A stretch of 64,000 bases of DNA from Octopus vulgaris (Eukaryota): assembly GCA_951406725.2 (NCBI GenBank), contig OX597814.1:30380001-30444000 (forward strand), read 5' to 3'. The notes beneath the pieces are model-generated. The model was not told the origin of the DNA. It searched no databases and was given only the letters and a program-made list of their open reading frames with translations. Shown one piece after another: positions 1 through 12,230 of the stretch (positions within the stretch are counted from its first letter, which is position 1; the number at the start of each line of letters is the position of its first letter). A program made the translations under genes and the position numbers.

Positions 1-280
1 ACATAAATAAACTAATTACTAGTTAGCGGTGTCGTCGATAATTTTTCCTTACCTCAATGATGCCGGTGACATATTAAAAGTCCCTTATAGAACTATATTC
101 GTGAAAATGTATAGAGCTATACCACCATCCTCAAAATTGAGAAACAAACACTCATAACTTTTTTCTTTGAAAACTTCATTGCATAAGATTAATACCATGA
201 AATTCCTCGAATTGAGGTCTATCATTTAAGCTTAATTAAAATATAGTTTGTTTTTAAAATAAAAAAAAAGTTAATTACAT

Positions 281-690
281 AGGAGTAGGAGTGGCTGTGT
301 GGTAAGTAGCTTGCTAACCAACCACATGGTTCCGGGTTCAGTCCCACTGCGTGGCACCTTGGGCAAGTGTCTTCTACTATAGCCTCGGTCCGACCAAAGC
401 CTTGTGAGTGGATTTGTTGACGGAAACTGAAAGAAGCCCGTCGTATATATGTATATATATATATGTATGTGTGTGAATATGTTTGTGTCTGTGTTTGTCC
501 CCCCCCCCCCCCAACATCGCTTGACAACCGATGCTGGTGTGTTTGCGTCCCCGTAACTTAGCGGTTCGGCAGAAGAGACCGATAGAATAAGTACTAGGCT
601 TACAAAGAATAAGTCCAGGGGTCGATTTGCTCGACTAAAGGCGGTGCTCCAGCATGGCTACAGTAAAAAATGTAAAAGAATAAAAGAGTA
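281..690 (+). mobile_element. tRNA-derived SINE, family A (internal TA/TG microsatellite)
   Basis: A-box-like TGGCTGTGTGG, B-box-like GGTTCAGTCCC, CORE-like CCTTGGGCAAGTGTCTT, central (TA)n(TG)n, AAAAGAGT-type tail; about 20 full or partial copies in the window. Confidence 0.9.
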
Positions 691-1131
691 TACTTAAATC
701 CAATTTTTTGCCTTGTATTTTTTCTTGATCTTTTACCTCACAACTTTTTTGATACAAATTTTCGTTGCATGGAAGCAAAACTATAAAGTTCTTCATGCTT
801 TCTTCTATCATTGAAGCTAAGATAAATATATTTTGCTTTTAAAATAAAAAAAAGTTATTTGGATCTAAACTTGATTGGAGGCATTGTTTACTCTCCTATA
901 ACATTGCAACAAAATTTGATGCAATGTGTCTTCTACAAGATCAAATCTCATTTTTTACATACAAAAATTGACATCTTCAAAGATGTCAACAGCTTTCAAT
1001 TTGCTTAAGAATTGAATCAGCGACAAAGCTCTGAAGATGCTGCGTGCGGGTAAATTGCGGCCCTAAAGAATATTATTCAACTACTACCGATATCAGTTCT
1101 AAAATCTATTTTTCGTCACAGATTTTGACCC

Positions 1132-1170
1132 GAGAGAGAGAGAAAAAGAGAGAGAGAAAAAGAGAGAGAG

Positions 1171-1252
<82 letters not shown>

Positions 1253-1262
1253 GAAAGAGAGA
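1132..1262. repeat. (AG)n microsatellite
   Basis: Directly visible; source of the RERE/SLSL pseudo-ORFs. Confidence 0.97.
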
Positions 1263-1859
1263 ACAGGTATGATAAAGAGTAAATGTTATTTCGGGTAAAA
1301 TGATAGACAGATACATTCATAAAAACTAGAGTGAAAGCTGGGTGGGGGTTGGGGGGTTGGAGCGGAAGAGATGTAAAAACACATTTTTGCTATTTGTTCA
1401 AACCAATCCTATTTTGTATTTGAAATACATCACGAGACCCCACTTTCGCCCTTTCTGATATCCATCCGTACATACGTATGTATATATGTGTGTGTGTGTG
1501 TGTGTGTACGTACTTACTCTCTCTTATACACACACACACACACACACGTACGCGCGCGCGCACACACACACACACGCGCACACACATTTCGGGTGTTTCA
1601 CAGAATGTTTGTCTTCCGCTTTGCTGAGTGGGTGGATTAGCACCACTGCGGGGCCAATCTCTCTGATTACATTTGCCTGTATGCACGCATGCGCGTGCCT
1701 CTCTCGCCGTCCTTTCTCTCGCTCTTTATCTATCTCCCTCTCTTTCTCTCTCTCTCTCTCTCTCCTTGTCTGAGTGAGTGCGTGCCTGTGTACTAGAAAC
1801 CGTGTATAAAACACCTCTCCCCACCGTCAGACAGAAAGGCAGACACCCACCCACCCATT

Positions 1860-1908
<49 letters not shown>

Positions 1909-2242
1909 ACACACACACAGAGTCACACACGTGCACATAAATATTCATTTATTCATACATATATACATTACATACATATATACATTCGTATGTTCATACA
2001 TAACTACATTTGTACGTACCTACCTACCTACTTACATACATACATACATACATAAATACATACATACATACATACATACATACATACATACATACATACA
2101 TACACTCATTCATCTACCTCTAAATGTAGGTTATGCCAAACCCAGACAGAAGACATTAGTCATTTTATTACCAACTGCGAGAGAATGTCCACGAGACGCA
2201 GTCTTCCCATGATGCAACATGTCGTAGCTGGAACAGAATAAG

Positions 2243-3255
2243 AAAGGCGGCGAGTTGGCAGAACCGTTAGCACGCCGGATAAAAGGCTTTGCGGTATTTC
2301 GTCTGCCGTTACGTTCTGAGTTCAAATTCCGCCGAGGTCGACTTTGCCTTTCATCCTTTCGGGGTCGATAAATTAAGCACCAGTTACGCACTGGGGTCGA
2401 TGTAATCGACTTAATCCGTTTGTCTGTCCTTGTTTGTCCCCTCTGTGTTTAGCCCCTTGTGGGTAGTAAAGAAATAGGTATTTCGTGCCGCTACGTTCTG
2501 AGTTCAAATTCCGCCGAGGTCGACTTTGCCTTTCATCCTTTCGGGGTTGATAAATTAAGTACCAGTTACGCACTGGGGTCGATGTAATCGACTTAATCCG
2601 TTTGTCTGTCCTTGTTTGTCCCCTCTGTGTGTAGCCCCTTGTAGGTAGTAAAGAAATAGGTATTTCGTCTGCCGCTACGTTCTGAGTTCAAATTCCGCCG
2701 AGGTCGACTTTGCCTTTCATCCTTTCGGGGTCGATAAATTAAGTACCAGTTACGCACTGGGGTCGATGTAATCGACTTAATCCATTTGTCTGTCCTTGTT
2801 TGTCCTCTTTATGTTTAGCCCCTTGTGGGCAATAAAGAAATAAGAAACGTTAGTACGCCGGGCGAAATGCTTAGCTGTAGTTCGTCTGTCTTTACGTTCT
2901 GAGTTCAAATTCTGCCGAGGCCTACTTTGCCTTTCATCCTTTCGGGGTCGATAAATTAAGCACCAGTTACGCACTGGAGTCGATGTAGTCGACTTAATCC
3001 ATTTGTCTGTCCTTGTTTGTCCTCTTTATGTTTAGCCCCTTGTGGGCAATAAAGAAAAAAGAAACGTTAGTACACCGGGCGAAATGCTTAGCAGTAGTTC
3101 GTCTGTCTTTACGTTCTGAGTTCAAATTCTGCCGAGGCCGACTTTGCCTTTCATCCTTTTGGGGTCGATAAATTAAGCACCAGTTACGCACTGGAGGTTG
3201 ATCTAATCGACTGGAACCCTCCCCAAAATTTCGGGACTTGTGCCTAGAGTAGAAA
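2243..3255 (+). mobile_element. Head-to-tail five-unit multimer of SINE family B
   Basis: Five consecutive copies of GAGTTCAAATTC(C/T)GCCGAGG...GCCTTTCATCCTTT(C/T)GGGGT(C/T)GATAAATTAAG; whole array flanked by AGAATAAGAAAGG (2235-2247, 3256-3268). Confidence 0.9.
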
Positions 3256-4361
3256 AGAATAAGAAAGGGAAAAGATAAATAACTGTAGAATACGTTCACA
3301 TCAATGAACGAAAAGAAAATTCTTCTTATTTCCTTTAATTCATTGGACTGAGGGTTATGTTGGAATTTATTTCGAAGAGATTAGTTGATCAAATGGACAC
3401 CAATACTTGTTTAAATCTGGTTTCTATCGTTTGGCTGCCACTTATCAATTTCTTCGATTTCTGTTCCAACTGATTTCACATTAGGTTTAATGATGTAGTT
3501 TGTATGCTAATCATTGACATGAAATTCATTTTCGCCATAAATCAATAAATAAAGAGTTAATAGCTTTTAAAATTTGAAAATTTTGGGTAATTTTAGCCAA
3601 TTGTAAGCCACGGATACATTCCTGCCTGTTTCCATAGTAACAAGTCAAGATTGTATCCAGCTGCTTACTCACACGGTCATTTGTCGATTATTAAATGGTG
3701 GTTTTGAGATGTGCTAAAAATAATTAAATAGGCCTTAAATCCCGCATCAAATTTTTTGTAAAATATAAATTCACAAAAAATTTCTGAAAATTCAAAAAAA
3801 AAAAAAATGTTATGCATATAGTTTACTGTTCCATTAAAGTAGGATCAACAAAAACGTATTTCCTCTCACGAAAAAGATATATCATTTAATGTACAGTAAT
3901 AAAGTATGAGCTACAATTAGTTTCTTGCCATAGAGGCACGTGGTTTGGCATTTTTTTAATAATGTACCTTGTCTTCAAGCAATCTTCTGGCCCTGGACAC
4001 ATCTTCAGATTGACCAACTGTCTCGCAAACTTTGGATACCTCTCCGTTGAATCATCCAGCACCAGTTAGTTTAATCATGATTCATACAGTCGAAGAAGAC
4101 GTAACTCTAATTTTCTTTATTTTCTTTCCTTTCTTTTCCCCTTTTTAATTTACCATTAGTCTTGTTATTCTACTTTTTGCATCAACCTCCATTTCGTTTT
4201 TTCTCGTGATTTCTCATGTACGAATGTCACGTTCTTCAAACAGAATCGGACGCTCGTACATGTGCCCAGAACCTAGAAAATACTTGGAGACACGAGGCAC
4301 GTCATAAAAATCTGCCTCACCACATATCTCAATAGCAAGAAACTATTATCTTTTTTTCTTA

Positions 4362-4792
4362 TCTTTTTACTTGTTTCAGTCATTTCACTGCAGCTATGCT
4401 GGGGCACTGCCTTGAATGGCTTTAGTAGAACAAGTCGACCCCTTATATATAGTCTGACATACCACGTCATATACATATACGACAGGCTTCTTTCAGTTTC
4501 CGTCTAACCGTAGAATACGTTCACATCGATGACGAAAAGAAAATTCTTCTTGTTTCCTTTAACTCATTGGACTGAGGCTATGTTGGAATTTATTTCGAAG
4601 AGATTAGTTGATCAAATGGACACCAATACTTGTTTAAATCCACTACTAAATCCACTTACAATGCTTTGGTCGGCCCGAGGTTATAGTAGAAGACACTTGC
4701 CCAAAGTTCCACGCTGTGCGACTGAACACGGAACCATGCGGTTAAGAAGCAAGCTTCTTACCACACAAACACACCTGCGCTTATAGCAACGC
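4362..4792 (-). mobile_element. SINE family A, deleted copy carrying a ~130 bp foreign insertion
   Basis: Reverse complement of family A head and tail; 4508-4640 is a copy of 3283-3417. Confidence 0.85.
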
Positions 4793-4898
4793 CTGCGCCT
4801 ATTAGATCTGCAATGGCTCCATAACAACCGTCTTGGCAATAACCTTGGAGTCCTAGTAATCCATTGCAGCACTTAGCGTACCTAGAACTAAACCCCCA

Positions 4899-4946
<48 letters not shown>

Positions 4947-5074
4947 TAGAAGAAATGAGGTAATCAGAAGATCGGATGGTTCATATTTACAGATATTTAT
5001 ATATATATTACATTTTTTACATATATATCATATCATTCAGATCATTAGCGCTTTCTCCCATTATATATATATTA

Positions 5075-5107
<33 letters not shown>

Positions 5108-5299
5108 CATACATACACATATATATATATTCTCTTTGATGTCAACAAATGAGATATTGTTGTTCTGCTTTCTCTTCTTCAGTTCTCTTTTCCTTTTGTT
5201 TACTTCTGATGCCTCGTCCCTTATGGGACTTTAATCAAGCCAGTGATTTACAGACAAGTCCACAGAATGGACACGAGAGAAAATTGTTATACAAAGCGG

Positions 5300-5622
5300 T
5301 GAGGGCGCGTGGCTTAGTGGTTAGGGCATTCGGCTCATGATTGTAAGGTTGTGAGTTCGATTCCCGGCGACACGTTGTGTCCTTGAGCAAGACATTTTAT
5401 TTTACGTTGCTCCAGTCCAAAATGAGTAGTACTTGTATTTCAAAAAAGGGCCAGCCTTGTCACACTCTGTATCACGCTGAATCTCTTTGCGAACTGTGCG
5501 TTAAGGGTACACGTGTCTGTGGAGTGCTCAGACACTTACACGTTAATTTCACGAGCAAACTGTTTCGGTGATCGTATCAGCTGGGACCATCGTCGTCGTA
5601 ACCGACGGAGTGCTCCTTTTTT
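5300..5622 (+). mobile_element. tRNA-derived SINE, family D
   Basis: TGGCTTAGTGG A box, GAGTTCGATTCC B box, CAT at anticodon-like position, GTGTCCTTGAGCAAGACA core; TSD TTATAC(A/T)AAGCGG. Confidence 0.88.
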
Positions 5623-5735
5623 TTATACTAAGCGGATGGAATGTTCGAATGAGAATTTGTCTTTATTCTTAGCTTTATAAACTGATCCAGACAGCTTAAG
5701 TCATGTATTTTGTATGGCTTAATAAGCAAGCAAAT

Positions 5736-6064
5736 CTAAAAAGACTCCGCCGGTTACGACGACGAGGGTCCCAGCTGATACGATCAACGGAACAGCTTGC
5801 TCGTGAAATTAACGTGCAAATGGCTGAGCACTCCACAGACACGTGTACCCTTAACGTAGTTCTCGGGGATAATCAGCGTGACACAGAGAGTGACAAGGCC
5901 AGCCCTTTGAAATACAAGTACAACTCATTTTTGCCAGCTGAGTGGACTGGAGCAACGTGAAATAAAGTGTCTTGCTCAAGGACACAACGCGTCGCCGGGA
6001 ATCGAACTCACAACCTTACGATCATGAGCCGAATGCCCTAACCACTAAGCCACGCGCCCTCACC
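5736..6064 (-). mobile_element. tRNA-derived SINE, family D
   Basis: Reverse-complement copy of 5300-5622; TSD AAGCAAGCAAAT at 5724-5735 and 6065-6076. Confidence 0.9.
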
Positions 6065-6082
6065 AAGCAAGCAAATACACCT

Positions 6083-6345
6083 CTATTCATTGCGGTTCAA
6101 TGCTTCTGGAGGAATCATTGCCATTTTGAGCCCTTCCTTATATCCTGTGCTTTTTCTTCCTTCATGGGACTGGCTAAACATAAGGACGTTTGCAATTCTG
6201 TTGTCACCCATTCCGACGGCATGACCAATCCATTCTACTCGTAACTGGGATTGCAAAGGAAATTCTTCAATGCCATCAAATATATTTTTAGAGATTTGGT
6301 CCATATTCGAAATTCTGTTATTCAGGCTGTATTCACGTACGCGCT
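6083..6345 (-). pseudogene. RTE-clade LINE ORF C-terminal fragment
   Basis: Translation IEEFPLQSQLRVEWIGHAVGMGDNRIANVLMFSQSHEGRKSTG resembles the RTE QLRWAGHVVRM.D.R.PK..L..EL..G.R..G motif. Confidence 0.75.
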
Positions 6346-6543
6346 TGTATGTATGTATGTATGTATGTATGTATGTATGTATGTATGTATGTACGTACGT
6401 ATGTATGTATGTATGTATGTATGTATGTATGTATGTATGTATGTATGTTTGTATGTATGTATGTATGTATGTATGTATGTATGTATGCATGTATGTATTC
6501 ATGCATGTATATATGTGTATATAAATACATACTTACACACACA

Positions 6544-6594
<51 letters not shown>

Positions 6595-6597
<3 letters not shown>

Positions 6598-6832
6598 AAT
6601 ATAATTAAGGGATTAACAAGAAGTTGCTTCACCACATACCGAAAATTTAGAAATAGCAGTCAAAACTACTAATTCTTCTACTACAATATATCTCCGCAGA
6701 CAGTCAATCTCCACAGACAGTCACTGTCTGTGGAGATATATAGTAGTAGAAGAATTAGTAGTTTTGACTGGTATTTCTAAATTTTCGGTATGTGGTGAAG
6801 CAACTTTTTGCTCATCCCTTAATTATATTTAT
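6595..6832. repeat. Fold-back inverted repeat (~100 bp arms) abutting CA/TA microsatellite
   Basis: ATAATTAAGGGAT...CTCCACAGACAGT / ACTGTCTGTGGAG...ATCCCTTAATTAT. Confidence 0.9.
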
Positions 6833-6876
6833 AATTATAAAAAAAAACTTTTTGTATAAGATTTTACCGATAATGG

Positions 6877-6953
<77 letters not shown>

Positions 6954-7070
6954 ATATAGCGTAAAGAATTATTAATTTAATAATTAATAAATTGTACCAA
7001 GTTGCTTCGGTATGGAAAAAAACCATTATCGGTAAAAACTTATACAAAAGGTTTTTTTTTATAATTATAA
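6828..7070. repeat. Second inverted repeat (~50 bp arms) enclosing (TA)n
   Basis: TTATAATTATAAAAAAAA..TTTTACCGATAATGGTT / AACCATTATCGGTAAAA..TTTTATAATTATAA. Confidence 0.85.
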
Positions 7071-7366
7071 ACATTATTTTATATGTATGTATATATTTTA
7101 TATGTATACACACATACCCAATGTGCGAGATGCTAACCATATTCCTGATGCTTTTATATAGTATCTGATGTTTTATTCATTGGTAGTGGTGGTGGGTAGT
7201 GTGATGATGGTGGTGAGAACGGGTAAGTTTTCAGAGGAGTGGTTGCTGACATATATTTATTAAAAATTTCTTGCATAGTACCCACATTCCATAGTATTCA
7301 TTTGGATATATTTTCAACATAATTATCATACATACATACATACATATACTCTCTCTCCCTCTTTTT

Positions 7367-7496
7367 TTTCTCTTTTACTCGTTTCAGTCATTTGGCTGTG
7401 GCCATGCTGGAGCAAATCGACACCAGGACTTATTCTATCGACTTATTTTTGTAAGCCTAGTACTTATCCAACCAGCATCGGTTGTCAAGCCATGTT

Positions 7497-7569
<73 letters not shown>

Positions 7570-7742
7570 CACATACATACGACGGGCTTCTTTCAGTTTC
7601 CGTTTACCAAATCCACTCACAAGTTTTTGTTGGCCCAAGGCTATAGTAGAAGACACTTGCCCAAGGTGCCACGCTGTGGGACTGAACCCGGAACCATGTA
7701 GTTTGTAAGCAAGCTACTTACCACACAGCCACTCCTACGCCT
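7367..7742 (-). mobile_element. SINE family A
   Basis: Reverse complement of family A with internal (CA)n. Confidence 0.88.
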
Positions 7743-7790
<48 letters not shown>

Positions 7791-7792
7791 CC

Positions 7793-7858
<66 letters not shown>

Positions 7859-7860
<2 letters not shown>

Positions 7861-8075
7861 TCTTTTACTTGTTTCAGTCATTTGACTGCGGCCATGCTGG
7901 TGCACCGCCTTTAGTCGAGCAAATCGACCCCGGGACTTATTCTTTGTAAGCCCAGTACTTATTCTATCGGTCTCTTTTGCCGAACCGCTAAGTGACGGGG
8001 ACGTAAACACACCAGCATCGGTTGTCAAGCAATGCTAGGGGGACAAACACACACACACAAACACACACACACACG
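7859..8075 (-). mobile_element. SINE family A, 3' half only
   Basis: Tail module present; head missing beyond the microsatellite. Confidence 0.85.
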
Positions 8076-8152
8076 CATATTAGTACACCACCGCCATATA
8101 TATATATAATCTCAAGAAGAGATAGCGTAGTAATGTATATTAAACATTCACC

Positions 8153-8573
8153 TGCCTCATTAAAGTGGCAGGTGAATATTACTACTAGTTTAACCCCAGG
8201 CAGATCCCCGCCAACTGTTTTTCGATGCAATGTTCTGCTTCCTTTATATACAACATATTGCAAGCAGTGGGGAGCGAACCCCTACTAACCCCAATCAGCT
8301 AACAAGATCGCGAGACTAACCCAGTTTCGAGCCAGTTGGCTCTTCGTCAGCAGCGTGCACCTGCGCAATGGAGTGATAGCTAAGAGCCGCTTCTGCCAGC
8401 GATATATCGTAGATTTGCAATAAGCAAAGTAGCTAGTTAGTAGGGGTTCGCTCCCCCTTGCTAGCGACATATTGTATATAAGGGATGCAGAACGTGGCAA
8501 CGAAAATCAGCTGGTGGAGAATCTGCCTGGAGTTAAACTGGTAGTAACATTCACCGGCCACTTTGATGTGGCA
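8153..8573. mobile_element. Non-autonomous fold-back element (Penelope-like pLTR pair) in TA repeats
   Basis: Arms 8153-8289 and 8436-8573 are diverged inverted repeats; spacer holds a hammerhead motif; flanked by (TA)n. Confidence 0.7.
8309..8355 (-). ncRNA. Type I hammerhead ribozyme motif
   Basis: Minus strand cgctg CTGACGA a gagcc-aact-ggctc GAAA ctg-ggt-tag TC tcgcg: intact core, 5-bp stem II, stem III, GUC triplet, imperfect stem I. Confidence 0.8.
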
Positions 8574-8581
8574 ACTCGCTC

Positions 8582-8677
<96 letters not shown>

Positions 8678-8760
8678 GAGCTAAAATTTGTTTCGCTAAA
8701 ACCCCTTAACCCCATGACAACGCTTTTTTTTTTTCATCAAGCTACTCGATTGCATTGACG

Positions 8761-8992
8761 GGCGAGCTGGCAGAAACGTTAGCACGCCGGGCGAAATGCG
8801 TAGCCGTATTTCGTCTGCCGTTACGTTCTGAGTTCAAATTCCGCCGAGGTCGACTTTGCCTTTCATCCTTTCGGGGTCGATAAATTAAGTACCAGTTACG
8901 CACTGGGATCGATATAATCGACTTAATCCGTGTGTCTGTCTGTCCTTGTTTGTCCTCTCTGTATTTAGCCCCTTGTGGGTAGTAAAGAAATA
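8761..8992 (+). mobile_element. SINE family B
   Basis: GAGCTGGCAGAAACGTTAG A-box-like, GAGTTCAAATTCC B box, central GCCTTTCATCCTTTCGGGGTCGATAAA domain. Confidence 0.9.
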
Positions 8993-9243
8993 GGTAATTA
9001 TCTCGGCTGAGATCAGCAATTAGCAAATAGTTCGGCGTATACTTGCGGTGATTCATCCGGTTACCTGCGCGCGGCAACGGTAATCCCGCCAATTGAGTTC
9101 AGCACTCAGTGCGAGATAACGTTCGACGTTATACTTACGTCAACCGCTTTAGTGTAAATACTGTTTATTTATCTAAACTGCATTCCCTGTGCAGGACGCT
9201 CATGCAGTATTATTCCTGAATAAGATCACTCGACAAGCACAAG

Positions 9244-9819
9244 TCAGATGAACTTCACGTATTTACAATCACATGGATTTAAAAAATTGACTTTAGTGTG
9301 GTAGAGTTCAAAACGGGGTACCGCACACAGTGGTAGATCACATTGTGAAGAATAGTATCTAGTTTCTTTACATTTCTCTTTTGCTTTACATACTGCGCAT
9401 CTCTTTGAAGCATTTGTCTTCTTGGTGCGGTGAGGAGAGAGTCTGACGTGGGGACGTCTACGCATTCTGTACGTTGGCAGGTCTGATTCTTCTGTCATTT
9501 CACGGAATAATAGATTCCTGAATGTTAATCCATCCGCCCCCCACACCGCCAAGAATCTGCCAAATCAAATGTGAATTCGAGATACACATGTCAACTCTCT
9601 TACTCTTTACTCTTTTACTTGTTTCAGTCATTTGACTGCGGCCATGCTGGAGCACCGCCTTTAACCGAGCAACTCGACCCCGGGATTATTCTTTTGTAAG
9701 CCTAGTACTTATTCTATCGGTCTCTTTTGCCGAGCCGCTAGGTAACGGGGATATAAATACACCAGCATCGGTTGTCAAACAATGCTAGGGGGACAAACAC
9801 AGACACACAAACACACACA

Positions 9820-9864
<45 letters not shown>

Positions 9865-11502
9865 ACATATATACGACGGGCTTCTTTCAGTTTCCGTCTA
9901 CCAAATCCACTCACAAGGCTTTGGTCGGCCCGAGGCTATAGTAGAAGACACTTGCCCAAGGTGCCACGCAGTGGGACTGAAACCGGAACCATGTGGTTGG
10001 TAAACAAGCTACTTACCACACAGTCACTCCTGCGCCTATATACAACTATATACAAGAAAAATTTTTTGCTACCATTTCACAGATTTTCTCGCCGATTTGT
10101 GTGTTGTTGCTAGATGATCTGAGCGATCGACCCCGCCCATCCCTTCATTGTATGAAACAACTACGCTCAGTTTCATTATGCCATTACCGTCCGCATCTTG
10201 TGTCCCAGTGTCCTTCATGCTTGCATTGTGGATAACATGCAGACGTTCTTGTTACACCATACTAGAGTGAAAACGCCACAATCGGTGCATCGGTACGTTG
10301 TGTCCCCTGTAGAAGTTTTATCTTGTCAAGATCGGGCGGCTCACAGGCTTCTCGCCAGCAGCTACAGGAAGAGATCTGGACTGGAAACCCACTTGTCCAT
10401 ATAAATATTGTAGCTTTGTCAAACAAGTTTTCATTCAGCGACTACATATCAGTTGACGCTAGAGAAAACGCTGGAAGATTCAATCTGTCCTGACCAGCGT
10501 AGATTTTGTAATTCCACGTGTACCTACAGGCTCTGCTAGTTGACTGGCATACTTTATAAACTTTAACTCCAAAGCGGGCACGTTTGGTCGGGTTGTAATT
10601 TTTGAATCGGAACCTTCACTTGAGTTTCCACTAACTCTTGTCCGTACAAATGTTCTGTGCGGGGACATACACCGTTTTGAAATTTTCAACCACTTCGTCA
10701 ACGATAGGACGTGTTTTGTGCAGCCTCTCATCCTGGTTTTCGTTTGAGATGAAATGTAGATTTCGAAGAAGCATCAATATCGATCACGTGGCATCATTTC
10801 TGGAAACAAAGGTATCGACGTGGCTGGATTCCAATATGACACCAGTGTCGGTTTCTTCACGATGTCCATCAGTATCAGCAGGGCAAGCAGGACCAATCAC
10901 CGCCATGCCCGGTCTGACATGCTGGGGTGGGTTTTCAGCATAGTCATTCGTTTCGTCTGCTATATATTGGAACATTTCATCCGCCAAAAACTCATTGAAG
11001 ATTTCCGGTGGCGAACTTCCATTTTCAAAGTTTGCCTTTATGCCATTGTCTCTCGCTCGCCACACGACATTATGTTGTACAGGGCCATTCACTGCTGCCT
11101 GCTTGTACCTTTGATTCACCGGAATATCATCGTCACTATCGGAACCATCTGATTCTAAACCAGGAAAATACTCACTCTCCGAATCATTGTCCAAACCGGA
11201 AAATAACAAGTGGTGAGGCGGTGGAGCTTTGTGTAGCTGTAAATTCGATAAAACAGGACACGACGACCGTATATTCGACGAAACAGGATGCAACGAGGAA
11301 GTTGACAAAGCCGGAGTGGCAGAACCAGCCTATCGGGTTTTAAATATTTATATGAAACATCTAATCGGCCTCTCAGTTGGCAGGTGGTCCGGTACTAACT
11401 TAGGAGACAAGTACTAAGCCAGGTGGCGTACTATTACGTCGACCGATTTAAAGCACGCACATTGCGCGCGTACATTTATGTCAACCGTTTTAAGAGGCTT
11501 AA
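9244..11502 (-). pseudogene. Decayed piggyBac (PGBD4-like, DDE_Tnp_1_7) transposase, interrupted by a SINE
   Basis: Minus-strand translations SPPEIFNEFLADEMFQYIADETNDYA; FKTVYVPAQNICTDKS*WKLK*RFRFKNYNPTKRARFGVKVYKVCQS..YTWNYKIYAG; IYMDKWVSSPDLF; C-terminal Cys-rich KRCAVCK..ETRYYSSQCDLPLC..ELYH; TTAA at 11499-11502; stops and frameshifts; left terminus unresolved. Confidence 0.9.
9595..10038 (-). mobile_element. SINE family A inserted in the piggyBac relic
   Basis: Full-length reverse-complement copy splitting the transposase. Confidence 0.92.
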
Positions 11503-11728
11503 TGTGGTGCTCCGGCATGGCCGCAGTCAAATGGATGAAAGAAATAAAAGAATAAAATAATTTACATACATGCATACATAAACATGTGTGTGTATGTGTG
11601 TGCGTGTGTGTGTGCGTGCGTATCGAAATACCCTTACTATGCACTGGTGGCTTCCCTGTTAATTGACTTTCACGGTTCTTTTAGACTGACTTTTTCCTCC
11701 TACTTCCTCCGACAACATTCAGAATTTA

Positions 11729-11891
<163 letters not shown>

Positions 11892-11905
11892 TTATTTTAT
11901 AGAAG

Positions 11906-11958
11906 GAGCTTCTACAGGACTAGAACTGTTTCATTCCGATGAAATCTTCAGGAAGCTC
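11906..11958 (-). ncRNA. Type I hammerhead ribozyme motif
   Basis: gagcttc CTGAAGA t-ttc-atcg-gaa-t GAAA cag-ttctagtc-ctg TA gaagctc: 7-bp stem I, intact core, 4-bp stem III, GUA triplet; weak stem II. Confidence 0.8.
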
Positions 11959-12004
11959 TTCCTGAAGATTTCATCGGAATGAAACAGTTCTAGTCCTGTA
12001 GAAG
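11958..12004 (+). ncRNA. Mirror copy of the hammerhead motif
   Basis: cttc CTGAAGA ... GAAA cag..ctg TA gaag; same core with 4-bp stem I. Confidence 0.7.
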
Positions 12005-12178
12005 CTCCTTCTATAAAATAAATTACTTTACTCTGCTATGTATTGAGTACCTTATTTACTGTGGTTAACCCCGACTCAACTCGGGACTACATATATATAT
12101 ATAAATATAAGAATTTTTTTTGCGTAATAAGATAAAAAACCAAGGCTGTATAGATATTAGAGCATTTATAGATAGAAG

Positions 12179-12230
12179 GTCTTACAGCTGTTTCTAGGAT
12201 ATTAATTAATAATACCCCTTCATCGGAGAC
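12179..12230 (-). ncRNA. Minimal hammerhead motif with palindromic stem III
   Basis: gtct CCGATGA a ggggtatt-attaatt-aatatcct a GAAA cagctg TA agac; U4-to-C core variant. Confidence 0.7.

Noticed and set aside
222-527. Recurring peptides such as RRASFSFRLPNPLTRLWSARGYSRRHLPKVPRSG and MRNWYLIYRPRKDERQ
   Set aside because: Antisense translations of SINE families A and B, not a gene family
2243-3255. CRISPR-like array
   Set aside because: Units are 180-235 bp SINE copies with no unique spacers and no cas genes
5301-5370. tRNA gene calls for SINE heads
   Set aside because: A and B boxes present but no proper acceptor stem or terminator; they continue into SINE bodies with TSDs
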